From Kofleriaceae bacterium (GTDB taxonomy: Bacteria > Myxococcota_A > Polyangia > Haliangiales > Haliangiaceae), in NCBI GenBank assembly GCA_046597055.1, contig JBKJLC010000277.1, forward strand, positions 1 through 21,595: a stretch of 21,595 bases of DNA, written 5' to 3'. This document shows, in pieces, positions 1-8,378 of the stretch (position 1 is the first letter of the stretch; each line of letters starts with the position of its first letter). Position numbers and translations under genes: made by a program. A model generated the notes under the pieces. It saw only the letters and a program-made list of their open reading frames with translations, did no database searches and was not told the DNA's origin.

Positions 1-1
1 C

Positions 2-1960
2 GTGCAGGTCGAGGTAACACCGTCGGTGCAGGGCGTCTTCCCACCGGGCGGGCTGACGGCCCCGGAGCAGGTCGGGAGCTACGTCCTGGTGCGGCGGATC
101 GGCTCGGGCGGGATGGCCGAGGTGTGGCTGGGGCGGCACGTGGTGTCGGGCGGCATCGCGGCGGTCAAGCGGCTGGCCCACACGGCGCGCGATCGGCCGA
201 GCGTCGCCGAGTTCCTCGCGCGCGAGGCCCGCGTGATCGTGCGGATGTCCCACCCGCACATTCTGCCGCTGTTCGAGTACGGCGATGGCTTCGTCGTGAT
301 GCCCTACATCGAGGGCATGACGCTGTCGCGCCGCATGCAGAACGCGATCGACCCGACCACCGCGGTCCGCATCGTGCGCCAGGTCGCGGCCGCGCTGACC
401 CATGCGCACGAGCGCGGCATCGTGCACCGCGACGTCAAGCCGTCGAACATCCTGCTCGACCGCAACGAGACCGCGTATCTCGCCGACTTCGGCATCGCCA
501 GCTCGCCGGACGAGACCGCGCGTGCGGCCGGCACGCCCCGCTACATGGCGCCCGAGCAGGCCCGCGGGGCGCCGGCCGGCCCGGCCGCTGATCAGTACGG
601 TCTGGCGCGCACGCTGCTCGAGGTGCTCGGCGGCGGGCACCTGCCGAGTGCCCGCGATGCGGCGTTCGCGGCGCTGCCTGACACGCTGCCGCCCGCGCTC
701 CGCGCCGTCCTGCTCCGTGGCCTGGCGGTGGACCCGTCGGCGCGGTTCCCGTCGGTCCAGGCGTTCGGCGATGCGCTGGCGGCGGTCGATCTCCAGGGCT
801 GCGCCCCGACCGTGCGGCTGGCCGCATCCGTGCGCGAGGTGTCGCCGTACCCGTGGCTGGCCGCGCCGCTGGCCCAGCACGCGCTCGGGCCCGATCTCGT
901 CCGCGGTGACTACCGCCTGCGCGACCTGGCCGAGCGCGGCCGGCTGTGTGCGGACCGGGTCGAGGCCCTGCTGAGCCGGTTCGGGCTCGCCGACCTGGGC
1001 TTCTCGGTCTACGCGGCGACGCCCCGGCTCGGCGTCCTCACCGACCCGGCGCTGCTGTCGCGGGTGACCGAGGTGATCACGCTCGTCCACGGCTGGACCG
1101 CGACCCGCACGTCGTGGCGCTCGCTGGCGCCGGCCCTGTGTCGCGACACCCCGCTCGCCATCGTGATCGCACCCGACCTGCACGGCTTCGGCGAGAGCCG
1201 CTGGGCCGGCACGCCGACGCCGGACCAGGTGTCGCTGCGCGCGATGGCCGACTCGGTCAGCGAGCTCGGTCGCCTGCTCGGCATCGACGACTACCCGACC
1301 GTCCTGGTCGCGCACTCGATGGGCGCCATGAGTCAGCTGACCGTCGACGAGGCCGAGCTCCCCGCCAACCTCGCCCGGGTCCTGATCAACCCGGTGTTCA
1401 CCGCCCAGAACCCGGCCGCCCGGCGGATGTTCCGCGTCGGCGCGTTCTTCAGCAACACCCTCGGGCGCATCGGCTGGCTGCGGCGGGCCGTGATCGCGCA
1501 GCTCAACCGGGGCACGGCGATGGCGCAGTACGTGGCCGAGGACATCGAGGAGATGACCGTGAACACGCTGGGGATCCCGTCGCGCACGGTGGCGCGGGTG
1601 CTGACCGCGATGGCCGACACGCCGTTCCGGATCGGCCGCCAGCGGCGGATCTCGGTCATCTCGGGCGTCGACGACCCGCTCATGGGTAGCGAGGCCGAGC
1701 TGCGCACGGCGGTCGCCCAGCTCGGGCTCGATCAGGCTCACCTGCACCGGATCGCGTCGGGTGGTCACAGCCCGCACATGCCGCTCGCAACTCACCCCGA
1801 GTCGACCGCGCGCAACGTCGACGAGATCTGCCGGGTGGTGCAGTCGATGATCCTCACGGCCCACGAGCCGACCGCGACCCCGACCGCGACCGCGACCGCC
1901 AGCGAGACCGCCACGCGCAGCAGCAGCAGCGCCGGTCCGCTCGGCGTCGGCAGTCGCTGA
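2..1960 (+). CDS. Hanks-type Ser/Thr protein kinase fused to a C-terminal alpha/beta-hydrolase
   Basis: Kinase motifs IGSGGMAEV, AVK, HRDVKPSN, DFG, GTPRYMAPE. Hydrolase motifs LVHGW, DLHGFGES, nucleophile elbow AHSMG, GVDDPL, GGHSPH. The GTG at 2 is at the window edge, so the true start may differ. Confidence 0.88.
   Translation: MQVEVTPSVQGVFPPGGLTAPEQVGSYVLVRRIGSGGMAEVWLGRHVVSGGIAAVKRLAHTARDRPSVAEFLAREARVIVRMSHPHILPLFEYGDGFVVMPYIEGMTLSRRMQNAIDPTTAVRIVRQVAAALTHAHERGIVHRDVKPSNILLDRNETAYLADFGIASSPDETARAAGTPRYMAPEQARGAPAGPAADQYGLARTLLEVLGGGHLPSARDAAFAALPDTLPPALRAVLLRGLAVDPSARFPSVQAFGDALAAVDLQGCAPTVRLAASVREVSPYPWLAAPLAQHALGPDLVRGDYRLRDLAERGRLCADRVEALLSRFGLADLGFSVYAATPRLGVLTDPALLSRVTEVITLVHGWTATRTSWRSLAPALCRDTPLAIVIAPDLHGFGESRWAGTPTPDQVSLRAMADSVSELGRLLGIDDYPTVLVAHSMGAMSQLTVDEAELPANLARVLINPVFTAQNPAARRMFRVGAFFSNTLGRIGWLRRAVIAQLNRGTAMAQYVAEDIEEMTVNTLGIPSRTVARVLTAMADTPFRIGRQRRISVISGVDDPLMGSEAELRTAVAQLGLDQAHLHRIASGGHSPHMPLATHPESTARNVDEICRVVQSMILTAHEPTATPTATATASETATRSSSSAGPLGVGSR
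1870..1930 (+). repeat. Short coding tandem repeats (GACCGC-like hexamers and CAG triplets) giving a low-complexity PTATPTATATA...SSSS tail
   Basis: Visible as gaccgc gacccc gaccgc gaccgc gaccgc and cagcagcagcag, in frame in the kinase-hydrolase C-terminus. Confidence 0.6.
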
Positions 1961-1981
1961 CCTGCCACTCGAGGCGGGAGG

Positions 1982-2908
1982 TCAGACGTTGCGGCCGACG
2001 AAGTCGATGCTGGTGATCGCCAGCTGATCGCGCGAGTAGTGGGCGAAGTCGGGGTGGACCTTGATCGCCTCCAGCTCGGCCAGGCGCTGCGGCGCCGGTC
2101 GCGACGTGTCGATCTCGACCTTGAAGCCGGACCGCTTCGCCATCGCGGTGAAGTCGGCCGCGCGGAGCCGGTTCTGGTAGAGGAAGCGGTTGTTCCACCA
2201 CGCCCACTCGCCGTTGCCGTAGCGCAGGTAGTTGAGCTGGCTGATCCGGCCGTCGACGTAGGCGTAGTGGTCGCCGCAGTTGACCGAGTGGAACATCACG
2301 CCGCCCGGCACCAGGATCCGGCGCGCCTCGTCGAAGCAGCGCTGGATCACGTCGCCCGGCACGTGCTCGAGCACGCTGTTGGAGAACACGACGTCGACCG
2401 AGGCGGCGGGCAGGCCGGTCGCGCTGGCGTCGGCCGGCGCGCGGTACTGGACCACGCCCTGGGTCGCCTCCTCGACCGAGGCCCCGCGGCGGAGCGCCCG
2501 CACCAGCTCGAGCTGGCGCGCGAGCACCTCGCCGACCTTGAGCCCGGCGGCCTGGGCGATCACCGAGATGCGCCACTCGATGCCCATCGCGCAGCCGAGC
2601 GTCAGCTCGGGCCGCATGTAGCGGTTGAGATCGAGCGTCTCGACCCGGCCGGCGCCGGCCAGGTAGAGCAGGAACGGGAAGGTCGGGTACCAGCCGGTCC
2701 CCATCTCGAGGAAGCGGGCGCCGGCGATCGGCACGCCCGACGACTTCAGGTGGCCGACCATCAGCGTCCAGTCGACGACCTTGGCGTCGAGTTCGTGGTC
2801 GATCCGCTTCAGACCACCCGCGTGCTTCTGGAGGACGTAATGGATCTGATCCCCGGCCGGGACATAGCCGAGCACCTTCTGAACCGCACCCTTGATCCGC
2901 CAACGCAT
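1982..2908 (-). CDS. Class I SAM-dependent methyltransferase
   Basis: Motif I LEMGTGWYP, acidic residue in VETLDL, motif II-like SVDVVFSNSVLEHV, motif III RILVPGG. Confidence 0.85.
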   Translation of the reverse strand: MRWRIKGAVQKVLGYVPAGDQIHYVLQKHAGGLKRIDHELDAKVVDWTLMVGHLKSSGVPIAGARFLEMGTGWYPTFPFLLYLAGAGRVETLDLNRYMRPELTLGCAMGIEWRISVIAQAAGLKVGEVLARQLELVRALRRGASVEEATQGVVQYRAPADASATGLPAASVDVVFSNSVLEHVPGDVIQRCFDEARRILVPGGVMFHSVNCGDHYAYVDGRISQLNYLRYGNGEWAWWNNRFLYQNRLRAADFTAMAKRSGFKVEIDTSRPAPQRLAELEAIKVHPDFAHYSRDQLAITSIDFVGRNV

Positions 2909-3032
2909 GACGGCGGAGCCTATCGCAGGAGGGCCGGACGCTCACGCCCCAAACACCAGGATGCGCGCTCGACGCCCGCCGGTCGCACCGAGCCGACGGC
3001 GCTCCCGGGCGACGCATCGATGGTCGAACGAG

Positions 3033-3860
3033 CTATCCGGGAGCGTGCGCGCTCGGCTCGGTCCGCTGGGTCTGCTCCCAGCGCTCGACCAGGTCGTATG
3101 CATCGTTGCGCCACGGATGGAAGTCGCGGCGGAAGAACGCGCGGAAGTCGGCGGCCATGAGCGGCAGCAAGCCCGTGCGGCCGAGCAGGAACTGACGCCC
3201 GGCGCGCCAGGCGGCGCGGTCAAACAGCTTGCCCTCGCGCCGCATCATGTGGACGAACCGGCGACCCATGCGCAGGCCGAGGATGAACAGGCACCACGCC
3301 ATCACCACCCGACGCAAGTCGGGCCCCCCGCCGGCGCGCTGATAGACCTCGAACGCGACGCCCTTGTGCTCGATCTCCTCGGCCGAGTGCCAGGTCCAGA
3401 ACGCCTTCATCTCGGGATCGGCGGTGGCCAGCAGCTCGTGCTCGAGGATCGCCTGGCCCATGGCCGCGGTGACATGCTCGAAGGCGACCGTGATCGCCAG
3501 CGGGATGCGCGGGTCCGCCAGCCTGGCGATCCGATGGACCGTCGCTTTCTGCGACCGATCCCAGCGGTCGAGATCGTAGCCGAGCTCGCGCAGGCGCTCG
3601 TTGTAGCGGCGATGCTCGCGCCCGTGCACCCCCTCTTGATGCGAGAACCGCGCGACCAGCGCGGTGAGCGCCGGATCGCCGAGCTGCTCGACCGCCCGCC
3701 GAAGCGAGGCGATGAACAGACCCTCGCCGATCGGTAGCAGGGACGAGAATGCATCGAAGAACCGGGTTTTCCAGGGATCTCCGTCGAACCAGTATCTCGG
3801 CACGGCGTCGAACCGGAACGAGCGCACGCGCAGCTGCAGCGGGGGCGCAGCGCGGGTCAT
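3033..3860 (-). CDS. 'Predicted metal-dependent hydrolase' (PF10118-like) ferritin-fold dimetal protein, 275 aa
   Basis: Start re-called at ATG 3860, overlapping the upstream TGA (ATGA). Signature segments PRYWFDG, SSLLPIGEGLFI, QEGVHGREH, AFEHVTA, WHSAEEIEHKGVAFEVY. Confidence 0.85.
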   Translation of the reverse strand: MTRAAPPLQLRVRSFRFDAVPRYWFDGDPWKTRFFDAFSSLLPIGEGLFIASLRRAVEQLGDPALTALVARFSHQEGVHGREHRRYNERLRELGYDLDRWDRSQKATVHRIARLADPRIPLAITVAFEHVTAAMGQAILEHELLATADPEMKAFWTWHSAEEIEHKGVAFEVYQRAGGGPDLRRVVMAWCLFILGLRMGRRFVHMMRREGKLFDRAAWRAGRQFLLGRTGLLPLMAADFRAFFRRDFHPWRNDAYDLVERWEQTQRTEPSAHAPG

Positions 3861-4849
3861 GCGCGGGTCTCGAGGCGCGCGATCCACGCGTCCATCCAGC
3901 GCTCGATCTCGGCGACATCGGCCGTCACCATCGGATGTGCGCGCAGGGATAGCGCCAGCTTGCCGTTCCAGGTCAGCACAGCCACGAAGATCGGATCGGG
4001 CATCAGGGGCGGGCCGTAGGCGATGATGCCGAGGTCGGGCTCGGTCGCACCGCGCCACGCGCCCAGGTTCGAGAACACCCCGATCCGGGCCGGATCCGGG
4101 TTGCGGTAGTAGTGGCTCACCTTCTTGCGCAGGAGGCCCTTGCCGAGCCGCGCGACCGCGTTGAGCTGGTCCCACTTGCCCCAGTGCAGGTTGGCCGCGA
4201 GCGCCTGCTGCAACGCCAGCTGGACGGCCGCCACGGCGGTGCCGCGCGGCACGTTGATCGGCATGATCGAGCTGCAGTTGGCCTCTTCTGGGACCACCCG
4301 GACCGGGCCCCGCATGTTGACCGGCACACCCCACGTCACCGAGCGGCTCGGCTCGGCGATGAACGGCACCACCGCCTCGGTCAGACCATGCAGGAGGTAC
4401 GCGCTGACCGTCGCGCCGGCGGCCTTGGCCGCGGCGACCAGCGCCGAGGTGGCATCCGCCGACAGCAGCCGACCGACGCTGGCTCGGGCCCGGACCTTCG
4501 ATCCTGGCGTCCAGGCCGGGTTGGTACACCGAAAGACGAGCGGCGCCTCGCCCTTGTGGCGGACGACCCGGGCGACCGCGCGGAGCCGTTCGGCCAGCGG
4601 AGGCGGACGCGTGTGCTCGCGCTGGGTCGGCATCTCGAACGCGATCTGCTGCGCGCGCAGGAAGCGAGTCAGGCCGCCGTAGCCATCCGAGTCCTTGTGG
4701 TGGATGTCGGTCGTGGCGAGCGAGGCATCCTGGCCGACCCGCTTCATGGTGAACGTGAAGGTCGAGTCCTCGCCCATCTCGTCGAGGATCTCGAACACCA
4801 TGCCCAGCCGATGGGGCGTCGGCCGGGGCGCGGCGGCCGTCGCGGTCAC
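3857..4849 (-). CDS. Stand-alone condensation-domain-like / CoA-dependent acyltransferase (HHxxxDG)
   Basis: HHKDSDG at 4682-4702, TVSAYLL helix, VPVNMRG and FSNLG motifs typical of the C-domain/PapA5/WS-DGAT fold. GTG start overlaps the upstream TGA. Confidence 0.72.
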   Translation of the reverse strand: MTATAAAPRPTPHRLGMVFEILDEMGEDSTFTFTMKRVGQDASLATTDIHHKDSDGYGGLTRFLRAQQIAFEMPTQREHTRPPPLAERLRAVARVVRHKGEAPLVFRCTNPAWTPGSKVRARASVGRLLSADATSALVAAAKAAGATVSAYLLHGLTEAVVPFIAEPSRSVTWGVPVNMRGPVRVVPEEANCSSIMPINVPRGTAVAAVQLALQQALAANLHWGKWDQLNAVARLGKGLLRKKVSHYYRNPDPARIGVFSNLGAWRGATEPDLGIIAYGPPLMPDPIFVAVLTWNGKLALSLRAHPMVTADVAEIERWMDAWIARLETRA

Positions 4850-5424
4850 GACCTCGACATCCGCGGCACGAACCGACCGGTCCGTGCCCGGTAGCTGCCG
4901 TACTCGTCACCGAGGTTCGACGCGAGCAGCTTCTTCTCTTCCTTGCGGACGGTCCAGTCGAGGCTGAGCAGCGCGAGCGGAATCGCCGCGAGCGTGAGGA
5001 TCTCGCGCCCGATCAGCGCCGAGCCGATCGTCAGGATGATGAACGAGACGTAGAACGGGTGCCGGACCCAGCGGTACGGGCCGTAGGTGACGATCTGCTT
5101 GGGCTGGTTCTGGCCGCCGTCCTGGTGCCAGAGGGCCAGCGGCACCCGGTTGGTCGCCATGGTCGCCGTCATCATCGCGATCGCGCCGACCACGAGGAGC
5201 ATGCCAGCGATGTCGAGGACGGTCGCGACGGTGCTGGCCGAGCCGAGCATGCGCGGGCTGATGCCGGCCCATGCCAGCAACAGGCCATGAAACGAGACCC
5301 CGAATGGCGCGGAGGTGAGCCACCAGCGCAGGTTCATCCGGCCATCACCCCGGAAGAACACCTTGGGCAAGGCGAACATGAGCACGAAGCCAGACAGGGC
5401 GAGGACACAGACGGCGGGGTTCAT
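4846..5424 (-). CDS. Isoprenylcysteine carboxyl methyltransferase (ICMT/PEMT) family membrane methyltransferase, 192 aa
   Basis: Several hydrophobic helices, IVTYGPYRWVRHPFY, and EEKKL...GDEYGSYRARTGRFVP. Start re-called at ATG 5424 with an upstream ACAGGA Shine-Dalgarno-like site. Confidence 0.85.
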   Translation of the reverse strand: MNPAVCVLALSGFVLMFALPKVFFRGDGRMNLRWWLTSAPFGVSFHGLLLAWAGISPRMLGSASTVATVLDIAGMLLVVGAIAMMTATMATNRVPLALWHQDGGQNQPKQIVTYGPYRWVRHPFYVSFIILTIGSALIGREILTLAAIPLALLSLDWTVRKEEKKLLASNLGDEYGSYRARTGRFVPRMSRS

Positions 5425-5437
5425 GAGGGAATCCTGT

Positions 5438-6454
5438 TCAGAGGGTGAGCGAAGACTTGCGACGAGCTGCAACTGCGCGTTTGGCGCGCACGGCGTCGGG
5501 AGACGGGACGTTCACGTCGGTGACCAGCCCGAGTCGCTCGAGCCCGGCGATGACCCAGTAGCAGGGATCGACCTGCCACCAGGACAGCTGGTTCGAGGCC
5601 GTGCTCGGGAACGCGTGGTGGTTGTTGTGCCAGGACCCGCCGAGGGTCGGCAGCGCGAGCCACGCGTTGTTGGTGCTCTGGTCGCCGGTATGGAACGGGC
5701 GCCGGCCGACCAGGTGGCATAGCGAGTTGATGCACCAGGTCGCGTGCTGACCGAGGACGAGGCGCAGCACGCCCCCGGTGATCAAGCCCTCGAGGGCACC
5801 GCGCAGGGACCAGGTCACCAGGCCGCCGAGGACGGCCGGCGTGACCAGCCCGAGCACGACCCAGGTCGAGTAGCGGCGACTGGTCCGGATCACCACCGCG
5901 TCGCGCAGGAGGCCTGGCGTGTAGTGGCTCGGGCTCGGGTAGGGATACGACCACTTCCAGAGCAGGTGGGCATGGGCGAAGGCGCGCAGCCGCGTGCGCC
6001 AGCGGCGATCCAGGGGGTCGGCGCGGCCATGCGGCGAGTGGCTGTCCTCGGGCGTGTCGGAGTGGTGGTGGTGGTGGCGATGGTTGGACGCCCACGACAC
6101 GACCGGCCCCTGGGCGCCCATCGAGCCGAGGATGACCAGCGCCGCGCGCACGCCAGGGCGTGCCTCGAAGGCGCCGTGCGAGAACAGGCGGTGGAACCCG
6201 ACCTCGATGCCGATGAGGTTGAGGACCCACATCGCGGCGAACAGGCCAACTCCGGTCCAGGTCAGGCCGATCGACCAGAGGACCGGCACTGCGAGCAGCG
6301 CGGCGGCGGTCGGGACGATGTCGAACAGCGCGAAGTGACGGCGCTGGGCCGCATGGATCGACGCGTCCCGCAGCACGCGCCGCCGGCGCGAGACCGGCGC
6401 CGCCGGCAGGTCGAGCCCGCCTTCCAAGGTCGTGGCGCTGGCATCCCCGATCAC
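5438..6454 (-). CDS. Membrane-bound diiron fatty-acid desaturase (delta-9/JamB-like family), 338 aa
   Basis: Three His boxes: FHRLFSH, NHRHHHHHSD and WHNNHH, plus AQGP and INSLCH. Start re-called at GTG 6454 (GTGA overlap). Confidence 0.92.
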   Translation of the reverse strand: MIGDASATTLEGGLDLPAAPVSRRRRVLRDASIHAAQRRHFALFDIVPTAAALLAVPVLWSIGLTWTGVGLFAAMWVLNLIGIEVGFHRLFSHGAFEARPGVRAALVILGSMGAQGPVVSWASNHRHHHHHSDTPEDSHSPHGRADPLDRRWRTRLRAFAHAHLLWKWSYPYPSPSHYTPGLLRDAVVIRTSRRYSTWVVLGLVTPAVLGGLVTWSLRGALEGLITGGVLRLVLGQHATWCINSLCHLVGRRPFHTGDQSTNNAWLALPTLGGSWHNNHHAFPSTASNQLSWWQVDPCYWVIAGLERLGLVTDVNVPSPDAVRAKRAVAARRKSSLTL

Positions 6455-7659
6455 GGTGCGACTCCGACCACCTGCGTGCCGGGACGGATCCCGCGCACCT
6501 CGACCCACTGGGCGTCGGCGGTGCCGAGCACCACGGTGCGCTCGTCCGCGAGCAAGCCGTAGTGGGGTACCTCGATCTGGGCATGGCCGTCGCGGATCTT
6601 CACGGCACTGCGCGGGATCCGGGCCTCGACCTGCTTGGCCGGGAGGTGCACGCGGGCCTCGACGCGCAGGCCGATCGGCAGGGTCCGGCCAGCGGCGGTG
6701 TCCCAGCGCACCCAGGCGCTGCGGACCTGGGTCTCGGCGCGCATGCGCGCCTCGGCGGCGCCGATCGTCCGGCGGTTGAGCCGGGGCGAGAGGCGGTCGA
6801 CCGCGCCGTGCGCGACCTCGGTGCGGCCGCCGAGCGATGTGATCGTCACCTCGAGCCCGGCGACGATCCGCATCGCGTCGACGTCTTCGATCTCGATCAG
6901 GAGCTCGGTGGCGCCGGGGTCGGCGACCTCGAACAGCGCGGTGCCGGGGAGCACGCCGTCGCCAGCGTCGACGTGACGGGCGAGCACCACGCCCGCCATC
7001 GGCGCGACCACGACCGAGCGTTCGCGGCGGGCCGCCGCGGCGGCCAGCGCCGCGTCGGCGGCGAGCAGCCGGGCGCGCGCGGCGTCGACCTGCTCGGGCC
7101 GGCCGCGCAGGGTGCCACTGCGCTCAGCTTCGGCGCGGGTGACCCGGGCGCGGGCGACCTCGGCGTTGCGGCGCGACTCGTCCGCGACTGCGGGGGCGAC
7201 CGCGCCCTTGTCGGCCAGCTCGGTGTCGCGGGCGGCGCGGGTGTCCTCGAGGGCCATCGCGGCGCGGGCGCCCTCGAGCGCGGCCTCGGCGGCGCGACGC
7301 TCCTCGCGGCGGCCGCCCGCGCGGGCCAGCCGCAGCTCGGCCTCGGCCATCGTGCGGTCGGCGGTCGCGTGGGCGATCGCGGCGTCGATCTCGGCGGTGT
7401 CGAGGCGGGCCAGCAGCTGACCGGCGGTGACCAGGTCGCCCTCGCGGACGGCGACCTCGAGCACCCGGCCGTCGATCAGCGCACGGACCTCGGCGGTGCC
7501 GGCGGTGGCGACCACGGTGCCCTGCGCGATGACGGCCTCCTGGATGAAGCCGGAGCTGACCGCGACACTGTCGGCCTGGCCGCGGCGGACGGCGACCAGG
7601 GTGCCGGCGGAGAACACCAGGGCGGCGACCACCCCGGCTACGACGAGCTGCTTCCTCAT
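6451..7659 (-). CDS. HlyD/DevB-family periplasmic adaptor (membrane fusion protein), 402 aa
   Basis: N-terminal TM (MRKQLVVAGVVAALVFSAG), lipoyl half-motifs GRVLEVAVREGDLVTAGQLLARLD and VVAPMAGVV, long Ala-rich coiled coil. ATG 7659 has CAGGAG upstream and an ATGA overlap. Confidence 0.9.
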   Translation of the reverse strand: MRKQLVVAGVVAALVFSAGTLVAVRRGQADSVAVSSGFIQEAVIAQGTVVATAGTAEVRALIDGRVLEVAVREGDLVTAGQLLARLDTAEIDAAIAHATADRTMAEAELRLARAGGRREERRAAEAALEGARAAMALEDTRAARDTELADKGAVAPAVADESRRNAEVARARVTRAEAERSGTLRGRPEQVDAARARLLAADAALAAAAARRERSVVVAPMAGVVLARHVDAGDGVLPGTALFEVADPGATELLIEIEDVDAMRIVAGLEVTITSLGGRTEVAHGAVDRLSPRLNRRTIGAAEARMRAETQVRSAWVRWDTAAGRTLPIGLRVEARVHLPAKQVEARIPRSAVKIRDGHAQIEVPHYGLLADERTVVLGTADAQWVEVRGIRPGTQVVGVAP

Positions 7660-8378
7660 GACGACTCCTGGCTGCGGTCGACGACGGTGTCGGCGACGAT
7701 GCGGCCGTCCTCCATCGAGATGATCCGGTCGGCGAAGCGATGCAGGCGGTGATCGTGCGTCACGATCAACGCGGCGGTGGTCGGGGTGACGAACGCGCGC
7801 ACCAGCGTCATGATCTCCAGCGCGGTCGCGCCATCGAGCGCCGACGTGATCTCGTCGCCGATCAGGAGGTCGGGACGGCTGGCCAGGGCGCGCGCGACCG
7901 CGACCCGCTGGCGTTGACCGCCCGATAGCTCGCCGGGACGGTGGTCGAGCCGATCGGCGAGGCCCACCCGGCTCAGCGCGGTGCGGGCCCGTGGGACTGC
8001 GACCGCCCGCGGCAGGCCGCGCAGGCACAGCACCTCGACCACGTTGGCGAGCGCGGTCAGCGCGGGAAACAGGTTGTCGGCCTGGAAGACGAAGCCGACG
8101 TGGTCGCGGCGGAGCCGCGCGATCTGACCCTGCGACATCGACGTGATCCGGGCGCCGCAGACGTCGACGACGCCGGCGGTGGGGCGGAGCAGGCCGGCGA
8201 GGATCGACACCATGGTCGTCTTGCCCGACCCCGACGGCCCGGTCAGCAGCACGAGCTGGCCGGGGTGGATCAGCAGTGACACGTCGTGGAGCACCGGCGT
8301 TGCCAGCGCGCCTTGGCCGTACGTCATCCGCACGCCGCCGGCGCCGATCATCGGCCCGGTCGCGGTTGCGGCGCTCAC
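7656..8378 (-). CDS. ABC transporter ATP-binding subunit (LolD/MacB/DevA type), 240 aa
   Basis: Walker A GPSGSGKT, Q-loop GFVFQ, signature LSGGQRQRVAVARAL, Walker B LLIGDE-SALD, H-loop VTHD. GTG 8378 overlaps the upstream TGA. Confidence 0.95.
   Translation of the reverse strand: MSAATATGPMIGAGGVRMTYGQGALATPVLHDVSLLIHPGQLVLLTGPSGSGKTTMVSILAGLLRPTAGVVDVCGARITSMSQGQIARLRRDHVGFVFQADNLFPALTALANVVEVLCLRGLPRAVAVPRARTALSRVGLADRLDHRPGELSGGQRQRVAVARALASRPDLLIGDEITSALDGATALEIMTLVRAFVTPTTAALIVTHDHRLHRFADRIISMEDGRIVADTVVDRSQESS

Noticed and set aside
1961..1981. Small hairpin (cctgcc/ggcggg) between the convergent kinase and methyltransferase genes
   Set aside because: Only a 6-bp stem with a G-U pair and no U tract; too weak to call a terminator.
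3861..4910. N-terminal extension making the 625-aa ORF (similar extensions on the 648, 617, 712, 359 and 324-aa ORFs)
   Set aside because: Arg/Pro/Gly-rich off-frame read-through over the neighbouring real genes in stop-poor high-GC DNA. These are not true fusions; real starts are marked by ATGA/GTGA overlaps, Shine-Dalgarno sites or a signal peptide.
6782..6793. 12-bp match (cggggcgagagg) to the tRNA-Pro 3' end, a possible attachment-site duplication
   Set aside because: Short, GC-rich and inside the intact adaptor-protein coding sequence; no integrase in the window; plausible by chance.
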